NCBI GenBank assembly: GCA_965200875.1
Contig: OZ241456.1
Coordinates: forward strand, 864,001 to 928,000
Direction: 5' to 3'
DNA length: 64,000 nucleotides
Source: Bdellovibrionales bacterium
GTDB lineage: Bacteria > Bdellovibrionota > Bdellovibrionia > Bdellovibrionales > UBA1609
Positions 50,547 through 60,787 of the stretch are shown here, in pieces. The notes below the pieces were generated by a model. That model saw nothing but the letters and a program-made list of their open reading frames with translations. It was not told the origin of the DNA and made no database searches. A program made the translations under genes and the position numbers. Every line of letters begins with the position of its first letter. Within the stretch, counting starts at the first letter, position 1.

Positions 50547-51239
50547 ATGAAAGTTATAATTGCTTTATTGTTTTTAAGCTTAGGTGCTTTGAGCTATGGT
50601 CAGAATGAAACTTATCCAACATGTAATATTGATAATTATACCAACTACATAAATAAGCCCGGAAATCATCAGTGCTATTTAAGTGGAGCGACTTTTTACG
50701 AGGAGGATTTGTCTGGTGCGAATTTGCAAGGGGTGGATTTTACAGGCGCGTTTTTAATCAGAGCGGATTTGACCAATGCGAATATGAGCGGAGCTGATAT
50801 AAGCGGGGCGGATTTGTTCGAGGCAGACTTGACTGGGGCGAATTTGTTCATGGCGAATATGAGTGGAGCGAATGTAATCAGGGCGGATTTGACTGGTGCG
50901 AATTTGCATGAGGTGAATTTTATCCTGACGAATTTGTTCGAGGCGAATATGAGCGGAGCGAATATGAGCAAATCTACTTTAATTGAGGCATTTTTGGTTA
51001 GATCGAATATGAGCGGAGCGAATTTGTGGTGGGCGGATTTGACTGGTGCGAATTTGTTTGAGGCAAATATGAACGGTGCAGATTTGCGCCATGCAAATTT
51101 TACCGGTGCAGATTTGCGATTTGTAAGTTTGACCAGTGAGTATTTGCACGGAGCGATTTTTACCGACGCGAAAGTTGATCCAGGTTTGGGGGGGTATTTA
51201 ACATCACAAGGAGTGAGTGGTTTTATTGTTGTAGAATAA
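50547..51239 (+). CDS. Secreted pentapeptide-repeat protein
   Basis: Signal LGALSYG, cap CNIDNY..PGNHQC, ADLTG/ANMSG repeats, YLTSQGVSGFIVVE. Confidence 0.92.
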   Translation: MKVIIALLFLSLGALSYGQNETYPTCNIDNYTNYINKPGNHQCYLSGATFYEEDLSGANLQGVDFTGAFLIRADLTNANMSGADISGADLFEADLTGANLFMANMSGANVIRADLTGANLHEVNFILTNLFEANMSGANMSKSTLIEAFLVRSNMSGANLWWADLTGANLFEANMNGADLRHANFTGADLRFVSLTSEYLHGAIFTDAKVDPGLGGYLTSQGVSGFIVVE

Positions 51240-51255
51240 AAAAAGTAGATAAGTT

Positions 51256-51759
51256 ATGAAAGTTATAATTACTTTACTGTTTTTAAGCTTAGGTGCTTTG
51301 AGCTATGGCAACAATATTCTCCATAGTATTGATCATTATAATAAAGATGATAAACCAGATATAAAAAAGCCACGCAGAAATCCTAAGTGTGATTTGAGCT
51401 ATGCGAGTTTGCATGATGTGAGTTTGCATGATGCGAATTTTACCGGGAGGGATTTGAGTTATTGTAATTTTAGCTGGGAGAATTTTAGCTATATGGATAT
51501 GCGTGGAGTGAATTTGACGGGGGCAATTTTTATCGGTGCGGATTTGAGTTATACAGATTTTACAGATGCGAATTTGCAGTTGGCGAATTTGTCCTTTGCA
51601 AATTTGCGAGGGGTGAATTTTACCGGTGCAGATTTGCGATTTGTATTTTTGACAACGGAGCATTTGCACGAAGCGAACTTTACCGGCGCGAAAGTCACAG
51701 AACAATCAGGAAAACTTTTAACATCACAAGGTATAAGTGGTTTTGTTATTTTGAAATAA
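51256..51759 (+). CDS. Secreted pentapeptide-repeat protein
   Basis: Same signal, ANFTG repeats, LLTSQGISGFVILK. Confidence 0.9.
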   Translation: MKVIITLLFLSLGALSYGNNILHSIDHYNKDDKPDIKKPRRNPKCDLSYASLHDVSLHDANFTGRDLSYCNFSWENFSYMDMRGVNLTGAIFIGADLSYTDFTDANLQLANLSFANLRGVNFTGADLRFVFLTTEHLHEANFTGAKVTEQSGKLLTSQGISGFVILK

Positions 51760-51867
51760 AGTTTACTTTGGTTCTTATATAATATTCATCCTAATGTTTT
51801 TATCTTGCTTCTGTAAAATAACTTGGACACTTGTAGCTTGGTGATATGATAAACTACAGAGGAAGTT

Positions 51868-53577
51868 ATGCCATTACTGGATTTTAAAGGGAAGTCTGTT
51901 GTTTATTCGCATCATTTGGAAGTTCCTTTTCGAATGTTCAAAATTGACGAAAAAAAATCCAGCACTTTGTCGCCTGACTTGAAAAACAAACCAAACAAAC
52001 AGTGCAAATCTGACAAGCTAGGTAAAACTGACAGAGAGCGAAATACCGTCAGTACCAGCAAACCCAGCCTAGATGACAACTTAATCATTCACGGCGACAA
52101 CCTTCATGCCCTGAAGGCTCTTTTGCCAAGGTACTCTGGTAAGATCAAATGTATCTATATTGATCCACCCTACAATACTGGAAACGAAGGTTGGAAATAC
52201 AACGACAAGGTCAACAGCCCCCTTATACAGGAATGGCTAAAGCAAATCGGCATCGGTGTGGATGATCAGGAAAGACATGACAAATGGCTTTGCATGATGT
52301 GGCCCAGATTGCAACTGCTTAAAGAACTACTTGCTGATGACGGAGTGATTTGTATTAGTTGCGATGATACAGAAATTGGTAATTTAATATGTATTCTTAA
52401 TGAAATTTTTGGAATTGATAACAAAGAAGAAATTATTGCCTGGAGGAGGAGACACAATCAACCTAATGATAAAAGTAAACCTATAGCAAAAACCGCAGAA
52501 TTTATTGTAATCTATGCTAAAAATCTTGAGCTTTTAAAAAAGAAGAAATCATTTAACGGACTACCTCTCACTGGCAACTTTATCAATTCTGATAAAGATC
52601 CTAAAGGGCCTTGGGCATCAAAACCTTGGAAAGCCGGCAGGAATCAAACCGGCAACAGGTATAAAATCACTACTCCCACGGGGAAAGTATATGATGAAGA
52701 ATGGTTAGGCACTAAAAACACCTTTGATTCTCTGTTAAAAGATAAGAGAATTATTTTTCCTTCCCACGGAAAGGGATTGCCAAGAAAAAAATATTATCAA
52801 TCAGAGAGGAAGTCAGAAGGTCAAGTGGCACATAACTTTTGGAGTCATAAAAAGTTTGGGTCAAATCAAAATGCTTCAAAAGAAATTTATGAAATGGGTA
52901 TTGCCTTTGATAATCCTAAACCTTCTCAGTTAATTAAGTCTATACTTTTAATATTTTCTAACAAAGACTCCATTATCCTAGATTCCTTTGCAGGTTCTGG
53001 AACAACAGCCCATGCAGTTCTTGCCCTCAACAAAGAAGACGGAGGTCACCGCAAATTCATTCTGGTTGAATGTGAGGATTACGCAAGTGACATTACAGCA
53101 GAGCGTGTCCGCCGGGTGATTAAAGGTGTTCCTAAAGCTAAAGATGAGAATTTAAAAAGAGGGTTTGGAGGTTCTTTCACATATTGTTCTCTTGGGGAGA
53201 AAATCAACACAGAAAATATGCTAAGAGGAAAACTTCCTGACTATACACAGCTTGCAGAATATATCTTTTATACAGCAACAGGAAAGAGCCTCAATGTAAT
53301 TGAAAAAGTCAATGCCTCTTGGTTTATCGGTGAAACGGAGAAGTATAATTTTCACCTTGTGTATAAGCCTGATTTGAAGTTTTTGAAAAGTAAAGAAAGT
53401 GCCTTGCACTTGGATCTTGCGGAGACAATACAAACACTCAACAAAGAGTCAAAAAAAACCAGTTTGGTTTTTGCTTCGGCAAGCTATATCCCGCAAAAAA
53501 AACTTAAACAAAAATACAACATTCAATTTTGCCAACTGCCATACACTATACATAAGATTATGGAGACTCGCCCGTGA
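51868..53577 (+). CDS. mod: Type III RM methyltransferase subunit
   Basis: IIHGDNLHALKAL, IYIDPPYNTG, NPKP, ILDSFAGSGTTAHA. Confidence 0.93.
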   Translation: MPLLDFKGKSVVYSHHLEVPFRMFKIDEKKSSTLSPDLKNKPNKQCKSDKLGKTDRERNTVSTSKPSLDDNLIIHGDNLHALKALLPRYSGKIKCIYIDPPYNTGNEGWKYNDKVNSPLIQEWLKQIGIGVDDQERHDKWLCMMWPRLQLLKELLADDGVICISCDDTEIGNLICILNEIFGIDNKEEIIAWRRRHNQPNDKSKPIAKTAEFIVIYAKNLELLKKKKSFNGLPLTGNFINSDKDPKGPWASKPWKAGRNQTGNRYKITTPTGKVYDEEWLGTKNTFDSLLKDKRIIFPSHGKGLPRKKYYQSERKSEGQVAHNFWSHKKFGSNQNASKEIYEMGIAFDNPKPSQLIKSILLIFSNKDSIILDSFAGSGTTAHAVLALNKEDGGHRKFILVECEDYASDITAERVRRVIKGVPKAKDENLKRGFGGSFTYCSLGEKINTENMLRGKLPDYTQLAEYIFYTATGKSLNVIEKVNASWFIGETEKYNFHLVYKPDLKFLKSKESALHLDLAETIQTLNKESKKTSLVFASASYIPQKKLKQKYNIQFCQLPYTIHKIMETRP

Positions 53578-53605
53578 AATTAGAAAAAAAATCAAGGAGC
53601 TTTAA

Positions 53606-56068
53606 GTGGAGTTAAAAGATTATCAGATAGTAGTTATAGACAAGCTTTCTGCCTATCTGAAGGTGCTTAAAGAAACAAAAAGAAACACTTTGATTATGGC
53701 GGAATCAAGAAAAAACAGAGGGCTTTCTGTATCTTGGAATTCAGACAATTTTAATTTTTGCAAGAGAGCCTGGGACAACCTGAATGGGCGAAGATTACTT
53801 CCTCTTCTTTCTGCAAAATCGGGCAATATCATTTCCTCCTATAAAAGTCGGTTCAGTGGGATTGGTCGCCCGGTTCCAAATGTATGTCTCAAAGTTCCCA
53901 CAGGAGGAGGGAAAACTCTTCTTGGTGTGGGTAGTGTGGAAAGAATCAACACAGATTTTTTTGAAAGAAACACAGGTTTTATCTTGTGGGTGGTGCCCAG
54001 TGAATCCATTTACCAGCAAACTTTAAAAGCACTGTCCAACAGAGATACTCTTTATCGGCAAATACTGGATCGTGCTGGCGCAGGTGGTGGGAAAGTTAGA
54101 ATTTTACAAAAGACAGATAGTTTTCATCCGCGGGATGTGGAAAGTTCTCTATGTGTCATGTTGGTAATGCTTCAAAGTGCCGGAAGGCAGTCAAAAGAGA
54201 CTTTGAGGATATTCAGGGATTCTGGAAAATTCCCTCTGTTTTTCCCGGAAATTGATAATTATCATGCCAATCAAAAACTTCTTGAGGTCTGTCCTAATCT
54301 TGATACTTACAGCTTGGAAGATTGCCGTTTTGCTGGTGGCTTAAAAAAAATCAGCTTAAAACAGAGCTTGGGCAATGTTTTAAAACTTACTCAGCCGGTG
54401 GTGGTTATTGATGAAGGACACCGGGCTTATACGGAGAAGGCAAAAAATGCTATAATGGATTTTAACCCTCGGTTTATTTTGGAGCTTTCAGCCACTCCCA
54501 ATAAAAAGGAGCATAAGAGCAATGTTTTGGTTTCTGTTTCGGGAGCTGAGCTAAAAAAAGAGGAGATGATAAAACTCCCTGTAAATATTTTTAGCTTGAA
54601 AAATAAAGATTGGAAAAAGACTTTGGCCAAAGGACATGAGGTTTTGTGTGGTCTTTCAAAAGATGCCATTCGACTTCAGAAAAAAGAAAAACGCTATATC
54701 CGCCCCATACAGCTTATAAGGGTTGAGAGAACAGGCAGAGATCAAAGAGAAAAAAAGTTTATTCACTCAGAGGATGTAAGGGAGTATTTGATAAAGAGTT
54801 TTAATGTGGATCCTGCGGAAATCAAAATTAAATCCGCCTCACAAGATGAGCTGAAAAATGAAGACCTGCTTTCTGAATATTCTAGGGTTCGATACATTAT
54901 TACAAAAGAAGCTTTAAAGGAAGGCTGGGACTGTCCCTTTGCCTATATCCTGACAATTTTATCCAAAACAAAAGCCCCTTTGGCCATTGAACAGATGATA
55001 GGGAGAGTTTTAAGACAGGCGGATACACAGAAAACCGGTATGGAATCTTTAAATCAGTCCTACATTATTTGTAGGGATCAGGATACAGCAGGGGTTGTGG
55101 AGGGGATAAAAAAAGGCTTGGAAAATGAGGGGATGGATGGCCTTGGAAGAGAGGATATAAAAGAGCCTATAAAATTGAAAAATAATAAAAGCCAAAAGAA
55201 AGTGATAAAAAGAAGAAACCCTTTTGGAGATTTAAAAATCTTTTTACCAAAGGTGCTTTGTAAGAGAGGAAACAATTTAAAGGAATTGAGTTATGAAGAG
55301 GATTTACTTTTTAATATTGACTGGTCAAAATTGACATTGAATGAAGACCTGCTTTTAAAGGAAAAAGTCCCGGATATATCCTATACACAGGTTGATATAA
55401 AAAAACAGATGGATCTAATATCCTCTTTTCATAGGAAAGAAGAGGAAACAGTGTTTGAGGATACTGATCTTGCAAATTTTAACCAGGATTTTAGTTTTAT
55501 GTGTCAAAGGCTTTCCGATATTGTGCCTAATGCTTGGGATGCAAGTGCTATAATGGATAAGGTTCTTTCTTCTCTAAAGAGGAAACATGGAAAAGAAAAA
55601 GTTTGTTCGAACAAGTTTCGCATTTTGGATTTTTTGAGAGATAATCTTCAGAGTCAAATAAGCCGAGAGGTGGAAAAAATTTTTAAGAAGAAGCTGAAAA
55701 ATCACGAGTTTGTATTTAAACTGGTAAGTGTGGGAGAATCGGATTTGAACTGGAAAATGGCAGAAACTTTAAATCTCTCTCTTTCACAAGGTGGTTCTGT
55801 ATTCAGGAAAACAGACGACAAAGACTTACAACTTTCACTGTTTGAAAATGTTTATAAAAAAGAAATTAAGTTTAAGGATTTGGAAAAAAAGGTGTCTTGG
55901 TATTTGGATGAGGATTCCACTATAAAATGGTGGCACTGGATTATAAAAAAGAGGAAGGACTGGTTTATACAGGGCTTGCAAAAGAATAAAATCTATCTGG
56001 ATTTTTTAGTTTGTGTCAAGTCGTCTAAAAATGGCAAGGCTACTTTTTCTATTCTGGAGACCAAATAA
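53606..56068 (+). CDS. res: Type III RM restriction subunit, apparently C-terminally truncated
   Basis: VPTGGGKT, DEGH, LSATP, EGWDCP, QMIGRVLR; ends IYLDFL..ILETK*. Confidence 0.85.
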   Translation: MELKDYQIVVIDKLSAYLKVLKETKRNTLIMAESRKNRGLSVSWNSDNFNFCKRAWDNLNGRRLLPLLSAKSGNIISSYKSRFSGIGRPVPNVCLKVPTGGGKTLLGVGSVERINTDFFERNTGFILWVVPSESIYQQTLKALSNRDTLYRQILDRAGAGGGKVRILQKTDSFHPRDVESSLCVMLVMLQSAGRQSKETLRIFRDSGKFPLFFPEIDNYHANQKLLEVCPNLDTYSLEDCRFAGGLKKISLKQSLGNVLKLTQPVVVIDEGHRAYTEKAKNAIMDFNPRFILELSATPNKKEHKSNVLVSVSGAELKKEEMIKLPVNIFSLKNKDWKKTLAKGHEVLCGLSKDAIRLQKKEKRYIRPIQLIRVERTGRDQREKKFIHSEDVREYLIKSFNVDPAEIKIKSASQDELKNEDLLSEYSRVRYIITKEALKEGWDCPFAYILTILSKTKAPLAIEQMIGRVLRQADTQKTGMESLNQSYIICRDQDTAGVVEGIKKGLENEGMDGLGREDIKEPIKLKNNKSQKKVIKRRNPFGDLKIFLPKVLCKRGNNLKELSYEEDLLFNIDWSKLTLNEDLLLKEKVPDISYTQVDIKKQMDLISSFHRKEEETVFEDTDLANFNQDFSFMCQRLSDIVPNAWDASAIMDKVLSSLKRKHGKEKVCSNKFRILDFLRDNLQSQISREVEKIFKKKLKNHEFVFKLVSVGESDLNWKMAETLNLSLSQGGSVFRKTDDKDLQLSLFENVYKKEIKFKDLEKKVSWYLDEDSTIKWWHWIIKKRKDWFIQGLQKNKIYLDFLVCVKSSKNGKATFSILETK

Positions 56069-56080
56069 AGAGGAAAAACA

Positions 56081-57184
56081 ATGAAACAACTTATCAGTTT
56101 CAAAACTTTGTATTCCTTTATTTTTTGTTTTTATCCATTTTTAAATAAAATAAGTTTAATTTTGGTCCTCTTTTGGTCCTGTTTTGTCTTTTCCCTTAAA
56201 GAATCAGAAATATTAAAAGTGTATGAGTTGTTAGATCATCAAAATTTTTATCAAATTAAAAATTTTAAAGGAGTACCAAACCCTTCAAGAAAAAAAGCAG
56301 TGTTTCTTCGTTATGCCAAGTTTGGAAAAGGCAAAGGGAAAAAAGGTTCTATTGTATTTGTAAACGGATGGGCAGAAAACCTGTTTAAATATACCGAACT
56401 TTTTTATGATTTGCACCTACAGGGTTTTTCTCCCATTTACACTTATGACCATAGAGGGCAAGGTTTTTCAGATCGTCTTTTACCCCACTCCCGTGTTGGT
56501 TATGTGGAAGATTATTCTTTTTACAGAAAGGATTTAAAAATTTTTATTGAAAAGATTTTAAAAGATCCTGAATTAAATAAAGACAACCTATTTTTAATTG
56601 CTCATTCTATGGGAGGGGCTATTGTTTTGGACTATCTGCAAACTTATCCTGCACAAAAATACTTTAAAGCTGTGGTGCTTTCCTCTCCTTTGTTAAAGAT
56701 TCAAATAGTTCATCCCATTTTTGATTCTCTGATTTTAAACGCTTTGAAATTGATTTGTCGATTTTTTTGCTCAAAACCAGTGCCCGGCATTAGAGCAAAA
56801 TATGCGGAACGAAATCTGATGACCAGCAGTCTGGCACGAGCGAAATTTTCAGGCCATATTGAAAAACAATTTCCGCAGGTAATATTGGACCACCCCAGCT
56901 ATCATTGGACACTTGAAAGTTTTTCGGTTGTTAATCGTTTGATGCAAGAGGAAAGAATCCAAAAAATCCACACTCCTTTGTTTATCCTTCAGGCCGAGAA
57001 GGAAGTGCTTGTCTCCAATAAATACCAAGATAGTTTTTGCCACAAAATTCCCAAATTTTGCTATATCAAAAAGCTTTCTGGCCGGCACGAGCATTTTTTA
57101 GAGACAGACATAATACGGAATAAAGCCATTCAGGAAACTATAATTTTTTTTTCTCAAACTGGAGAATCATTTTCAAGGGACTGA
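56081..57184 (+). CDS. Alpha/beta hydrolase, lysophospholipase L2-like
   Basis: YDHRGQGFS, AHSMGG, RHEHFLE. Confidence 0.88.
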   Translation: MKQLISFKTLYSFIFCFYPFLNKISLILVLFWSCFVFSLKESEILKVYELLDHQNFYQIKNFKGVPNPSRKKAVFLRYAKFGKGKGKKGSIVFVNGWAENLFKYTELFYDLHLQGFSPIYTYDHRGQGFSDRLLPHSRVGYVEDYSFYRKDLKIFIEKILKDPELNKDNLFLIAHSMGGAIVLDYLQTYPAQKYFKAVVLSSPLLKIQIVHPIFDSLILNALKLICRFFCSKPVPGIRAKYAERNLMTSSLARAKFSGHIEKQFPQVILDHPSYHWTLESFSVVNRLMQEERIQKIHTPLFILQAEKEVLVSNKYQDSFCHKIPKFCYIKKLSGRHEHFLETDIIRNKAIQETIIFFSQTGESFSRD

Positions 57185-57266
57185 GATTTGGTTTTTCACA
57201 TTTTCTTAAGGGTGGGTAATGGAAAGATATGTTGTTATAATGGAAAATGAACTTAGTACTGATTTT

Positions 57267-59171
57267 TCACATTTGCTCAGGGGAGGGAATGGAAAGAGCA
57301 GATAAACCTTCCTTCAGGGTTTTTTTTGTCACTTGAACCAAAAACAGACGAAACTGTTTTTGTGCTTTGTTATCCAAAGTTCCTATAGGACAATTTTGGT
57401 AAAATCGGGAAAACTTTTGAGCCAACTCAAATAAATAATAACATATTGTAGAAGTTTTCATCTGCCAAGCGGCTTTTTCCAAGGTGAGGGAAAACCAAGA
57501 TAAATGAAGGATCAGCTGCCATTCTTCCGGAGAGTTAAGGTAATCAATATTTATATTTTTCAAGTGCTCTTTCATAAAATCTTTTACGGAATCCTCATTA
57601 TTTTTTTTTTCAAAAGCTGAAAGCTTTTTTAAAAGTGAGCACGCACGAGCATGAGCATATTGTATATAAGGCCCGGAGCGACCATCTAACTTTAACCATT
57701 CTTTCATATCAAACACAATTTTTTTATTTAACTCCTGCTCATTCATTCCGTACTTAATAGCCCCTTGAGCGATAACATTCATTGTGGTTTTAATTTTTTC
57801 CTCTGACCATTCTGTTTTATATTTTTGCAAAAATTCATTGGATATATATTTCGTCATTTTTTCTATCAATGTCATAATAGGTATAATGTTTCCTGCACGG
57901 GAACTCATAGTACCGGTTTTTAATTCTACAAAGTTGTACTTTAAATGTTTCGATTTTTGCCCTTCTTTGATAAGACCAATTTTTTCCAAAACTTTGAAAA
58001 TCTGTTGAAAATGTGTCGATTGTCTCTGGTCCACAATATAAATGTTTTCCGTAATTTTGTGATCTTCAAATTTTTTTCTGGCCAAATAAAGATCTTTAGT
58101 GGCATAAAGCCCATTGCCATCTGATTTCAGTAACAGACAAAAACCCAGAGAGTCCTCTAGATCCACTCCAACTGCCCCTTCAGAAATCTGAAGTTTTTTT
58201 TGCTTCAATAATTCTTGTACCCATTTTACAGATGGTTCATCCATTTCCGATTCCCAGTACCAATAATCGAATTGAGCACCTGCCCATTGATAAATTTCAT
58301 CCATAAGCTCTTTGCTCCATTGTCGTGTCTGCTTCCACAGGTTATAAAATTCCCCTTGTTTTTTTTGTAGTTGCCGTAAAATTTCTGTTATCTGAATTTT
58401 ATTTTTTTCTTTCTGTGGAGTGTTCTCCTCCTTTGCATATTTCTGATAAGCTTTTGTATAAATCGCGCCCAGCCACTGCCCTTTACGGTAAGTGGGAACA
58501 GGATCTTTATTATGAGACTTAAGATACCAAAGACACTTGGCTACATGAGCACCCATATCTCCAGGATAAGTACAGCTGATAACAGGAAAGCCTCTTTTTT
58601 TCAAAAGAGTAACAAGGCTTAAGCCAAAACATAGGTTTCGTGTATGACCTATGTGCAACTCTTTATGTGTATTTGGTTGTGAGTACTCAATAAGATATGA
58701 ACCAATTTTTTTGGAAGGTGGGCGAAAAAACTCATCAGTTAGCAAATGATCCAAAAGTTTTTTCTTTAAAAAATCCTTTTTAAAAAACAGATTTACATAA
58801 GGACCTTTTTGAACTGCTTTTTCAAACACAGATGAATTGCTTTTTTGGAGGTGTGGATTCTTGATGTCTTGTTTACTTGTCGTTTGAACAGGAGAGTGGG
58901 AAGGTTGATCGTGTTTCCACTGTGATGATTTATTACAGGCTCTTGCTATTTGAAAAGCTATATCAACTGGTTTTTTTTTCAGTTTTTTACCAAGGAAAAA
59001 ACAAGGTAAGGCCCAATGTCCCAGTTCCTTTTCTGGTGGAGAGTTAAAAGCTTGTGCCAATTCATAAAGCGACACCTGAACTTGAAACAGCTTGTTTATT
59101 TTTTGAGAAAGTTCAAAACACACACTTTTGGTAAAAACATCCAAAAAAAAATGCTCTGGTTGATTATTCAT
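57267..59171 (-). CDS. argS: Arginine-tRNA ligase
   Basis: EYSQPNTHKELHIGH, KSDG, MSSRAG, YIQYAHAR. Confidence 0.96.
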   Translation of the reverse strand: MNNQPEHFFLDVFTKSVCFELSQKINKLFQVQVSLYELAQAFNSPPEKELGHWALPCFFLGKKLKKKPVDIAFQIARACNKSSQWKHDQPSHSPVQTTSKQDIKNPHLQKSNSSVFEKAVQKGPYVNLFFKKDFLKKKLLDHLLTDEFFRPPSKKIGSYLIEYSQPNTHKELHIGHTRNLCFGLSLVTLLKKRGFPVISCTYPGDMGAHVAKCLWYLKSHNKDPVPTYRKGQWLGAIYTKAYQKYAKEENTPQKEKNKIQITEILRQLQKKQGEFYNLWKQTRQWSKELMDEIYQWAGAQFDYWYWESEMDEPSVKWVQELLKQKKLQISEGAVGVDLEDSLGFCLLLKSDGNGLYATKDLYLARKKFEDHKITENIYIVDQRQSTHFQQIFKVLEKIGLIKEGQKSKHLKYNFVELKTGTMSSRAGNIIPIMTLIEKMTKYISNEFLQKYKTEWSEEKIKTTMNVIAQGAIKYGMNEQELNKKIVFDMKEWLKLDGRSGPYIQYAHARACSLLKKLSAFEKKNNEDSVKDFMKEHLKNINIDYLNSPEEWQLILHLSWFSLTLEKAAWQMKTSTICYYLFELAQKFSRFYQNCPIGTLDNKAQKQFRLFLVQVTKKTLKEGLSALSIPSPEQM

Positions 59172-59217
59172 AAAATGATTTTAACCTAGGTTTTCCTATT
59201 TGCCAGCACTTTATATA

Positions 59218-59318
59218 GTGATCCGTGAAAAACCGCTGTTTATACAGCTGAAAAACCAAGTTATTGGCTTTCAGTCCCGTGAAAACGGGAAATCTAGGAA
59301 AAAATAACATACTTTTTT
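59218..59318 (-). repeat. Dispersed double-hairpin repeat, longest copy B
   Basis: AAAAAAGTATGTTATTTTTTCCTAGATTTCCCGTTTTCACGGGACTGAAAGCCAATAACTTGGTTTTTCAG...TTTTTCACGGATCA. Confidence 0.85.
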
Positions 59319-59330
59319 ATACCCCACTAT

Positions 59331-60134
59331 TTATAAGAGTTTTTGAGAACCTCCTCCCTCAGCCTGAGTAGGATCCCAGTGTTTGTCAGTAGATTCAGAA
59401 TTTTTCTCCTTTTGTATATGATCAAATATATTATCAAGGCATCTTATCATTATTGGAGGGTTTGTTTGGATCTCTAACTTTTTTTCACAAGTAACTTCTG
59501 AGATCTGCTGTCCATATACTGTGAGAACAGCCTGTATAATCGCCTTTGTTGGTCCAAATCCTTCTGCTCTTTTTGTGGAATAGATTTTCATTACCTCCAA
59601 AGTGTTGAGTATTTCTTTAGAGTTTTTAAAAGGCAGAATGTGTGCAACATTCAGCAGAGAAAGCAAATATTCCATAGGGGTGGGGGTGGTTTTTACAGAT
59701 CTTATCTTATTATTAACAGGAATAGCTGATATACCTTCCATATTGCGATAAAATTGTATTACCACTTTGGCAGAAGAAGGCTCAAAAGGTGTGTGTAATT
59801 TAAGTTCTTCAGCAAATTTTTGCGCAGACCTTCCCACAGCGTGATTGTTGTAAATAAGTTGTTGAAACTCCTGCATTATGTTTGTTGCCTTTCTTTTTTT
59901 ATCAAGAAGACCATTGTTGTAAAAAATCTTTGCAACAGTGTAAGCTTCTTCTGAAGTTAGGTTTTGCTCTTCTACGACAGAAAAAGCAGGTGGTACAGTT
60001 GTTTTTTCCGACTCGCCAGTCCCGAAATCGGTAACAATTGTTTTTTCAAGGTTTTTAACCCTTGCAAAACTGGAAGAACTACCTATAAGCAAAATAGATA
60101 AAATCCCAGTGTGTAAAATAAAAAATAGTTTCAT
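59331..60134 (-). CDS. Hypothetical exported protein
   Basis: SD AAGGAG, signal peptide ending SFA. Confidence 0.75.
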   Translation of the reverse strand: MKLFFILHTGILSILLIGSSSSFARVKNLEKTIVTDFGTGESEKTTVPPAFSVVEEQNLTSEEAYTVAKIFYNNGLLDKKRKATNIMQEFQQLIYNNHAVGRSAQKFAEELKLHTPFEPSSAKVVIQFYRNMEGISAIPVNNKIRSVKTTPTPMEYLLSLLNVAHILPFKNSKEILNTLEVMKIYSTKRAEGFGPTKAIIQAVLTVYGQQISEVTCEKKLEIQTNPPIMIRCLDNIFDHIQKEKNSESTDKHWDPTQAEGGGSQKLL

Positions 60135-60650
60135 AAATTATTCTCCTTGTTTGTTGGTTTAATGTTTTTCTGAATATAAAGGATAAAGGACAATGCTGAA
60201 TATAACTAAAGATATTTCAGTTGTTTTAGTGAGACTACTTTTAAACACCAATAAAGCTTCTTTTTCTATTCATTCTGTATAAATATTACATAAGTATAAG
60301 TGTCACTTATCCTAACCATAAGCAAAACACACTGATTTAATTATTTGTTAGACTTAGACCTTTTGTTTTTAAAATAGTCTTCAAACTGTTTCTTAGTCTC
60401 GTAAGTTTTTAATACTCATAAATATAAATGGAATAGACAGATCCAGGGATTCTTGGCCCGCTTGGTTCTGCTTCATAACCCTGTGCCTTATAATGTTTCT
60501 CAAATGTCAAAGCATCATCATAAGTTAATCCGTTAATCACTTTGTTGTTTTGCGTCCGGCAGAAGTCAGAAAAATACAGAACATATATTAAGCAGGTTGT
60601 CCTGAATGCTTGTTATCTCATATTATATTTTTATCTTCTCAAAATTATAA

Positions 60651-60785
60651 ATTTTTGAGAAGATGAGCAGATATATGTTCAAAAACCGGCAATTTTGAGA
60701 AGATGAGCGGATATATGTTCAAAAACCGGCAATTTTGAGAAGATGAACAGATATATGTTCAAAAACGAGCATTTTTGAGAAGATA
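60651..60785 (+). repeat. 40-bp tandem repeat, about 3.3 copies, upstream of fic
   Basis: AATTTTGAGAAGATGAGCGGATATATGTTCAAAAACCGGC units. Confidence 0.92.
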
Positions 60786-60787
60786 AA

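Noticed and set aside
41900..51800. Diversity-generating retroelement, integron or shufflon behind the paralogue cluster
   Set aside because: No reverse transcriptase, integrase or invertase seen; no adenine-specific TR/VR pair or attC-like sites recognised
51868..53577. Repeat-tract phase variation of mod
   Set aside because: No simple-sequence repeat tract found in the gene beyond ordinary short A runs
60340..60600. Coding-like remnants here and at 45610-45850 on the minus strand
   Set aside because: Short open stretches with no recognisable homology
60651..60785. Possible CRISPR array
   Set aside because: Repeats are contiguous with no unique spacers, and there are no cas genes
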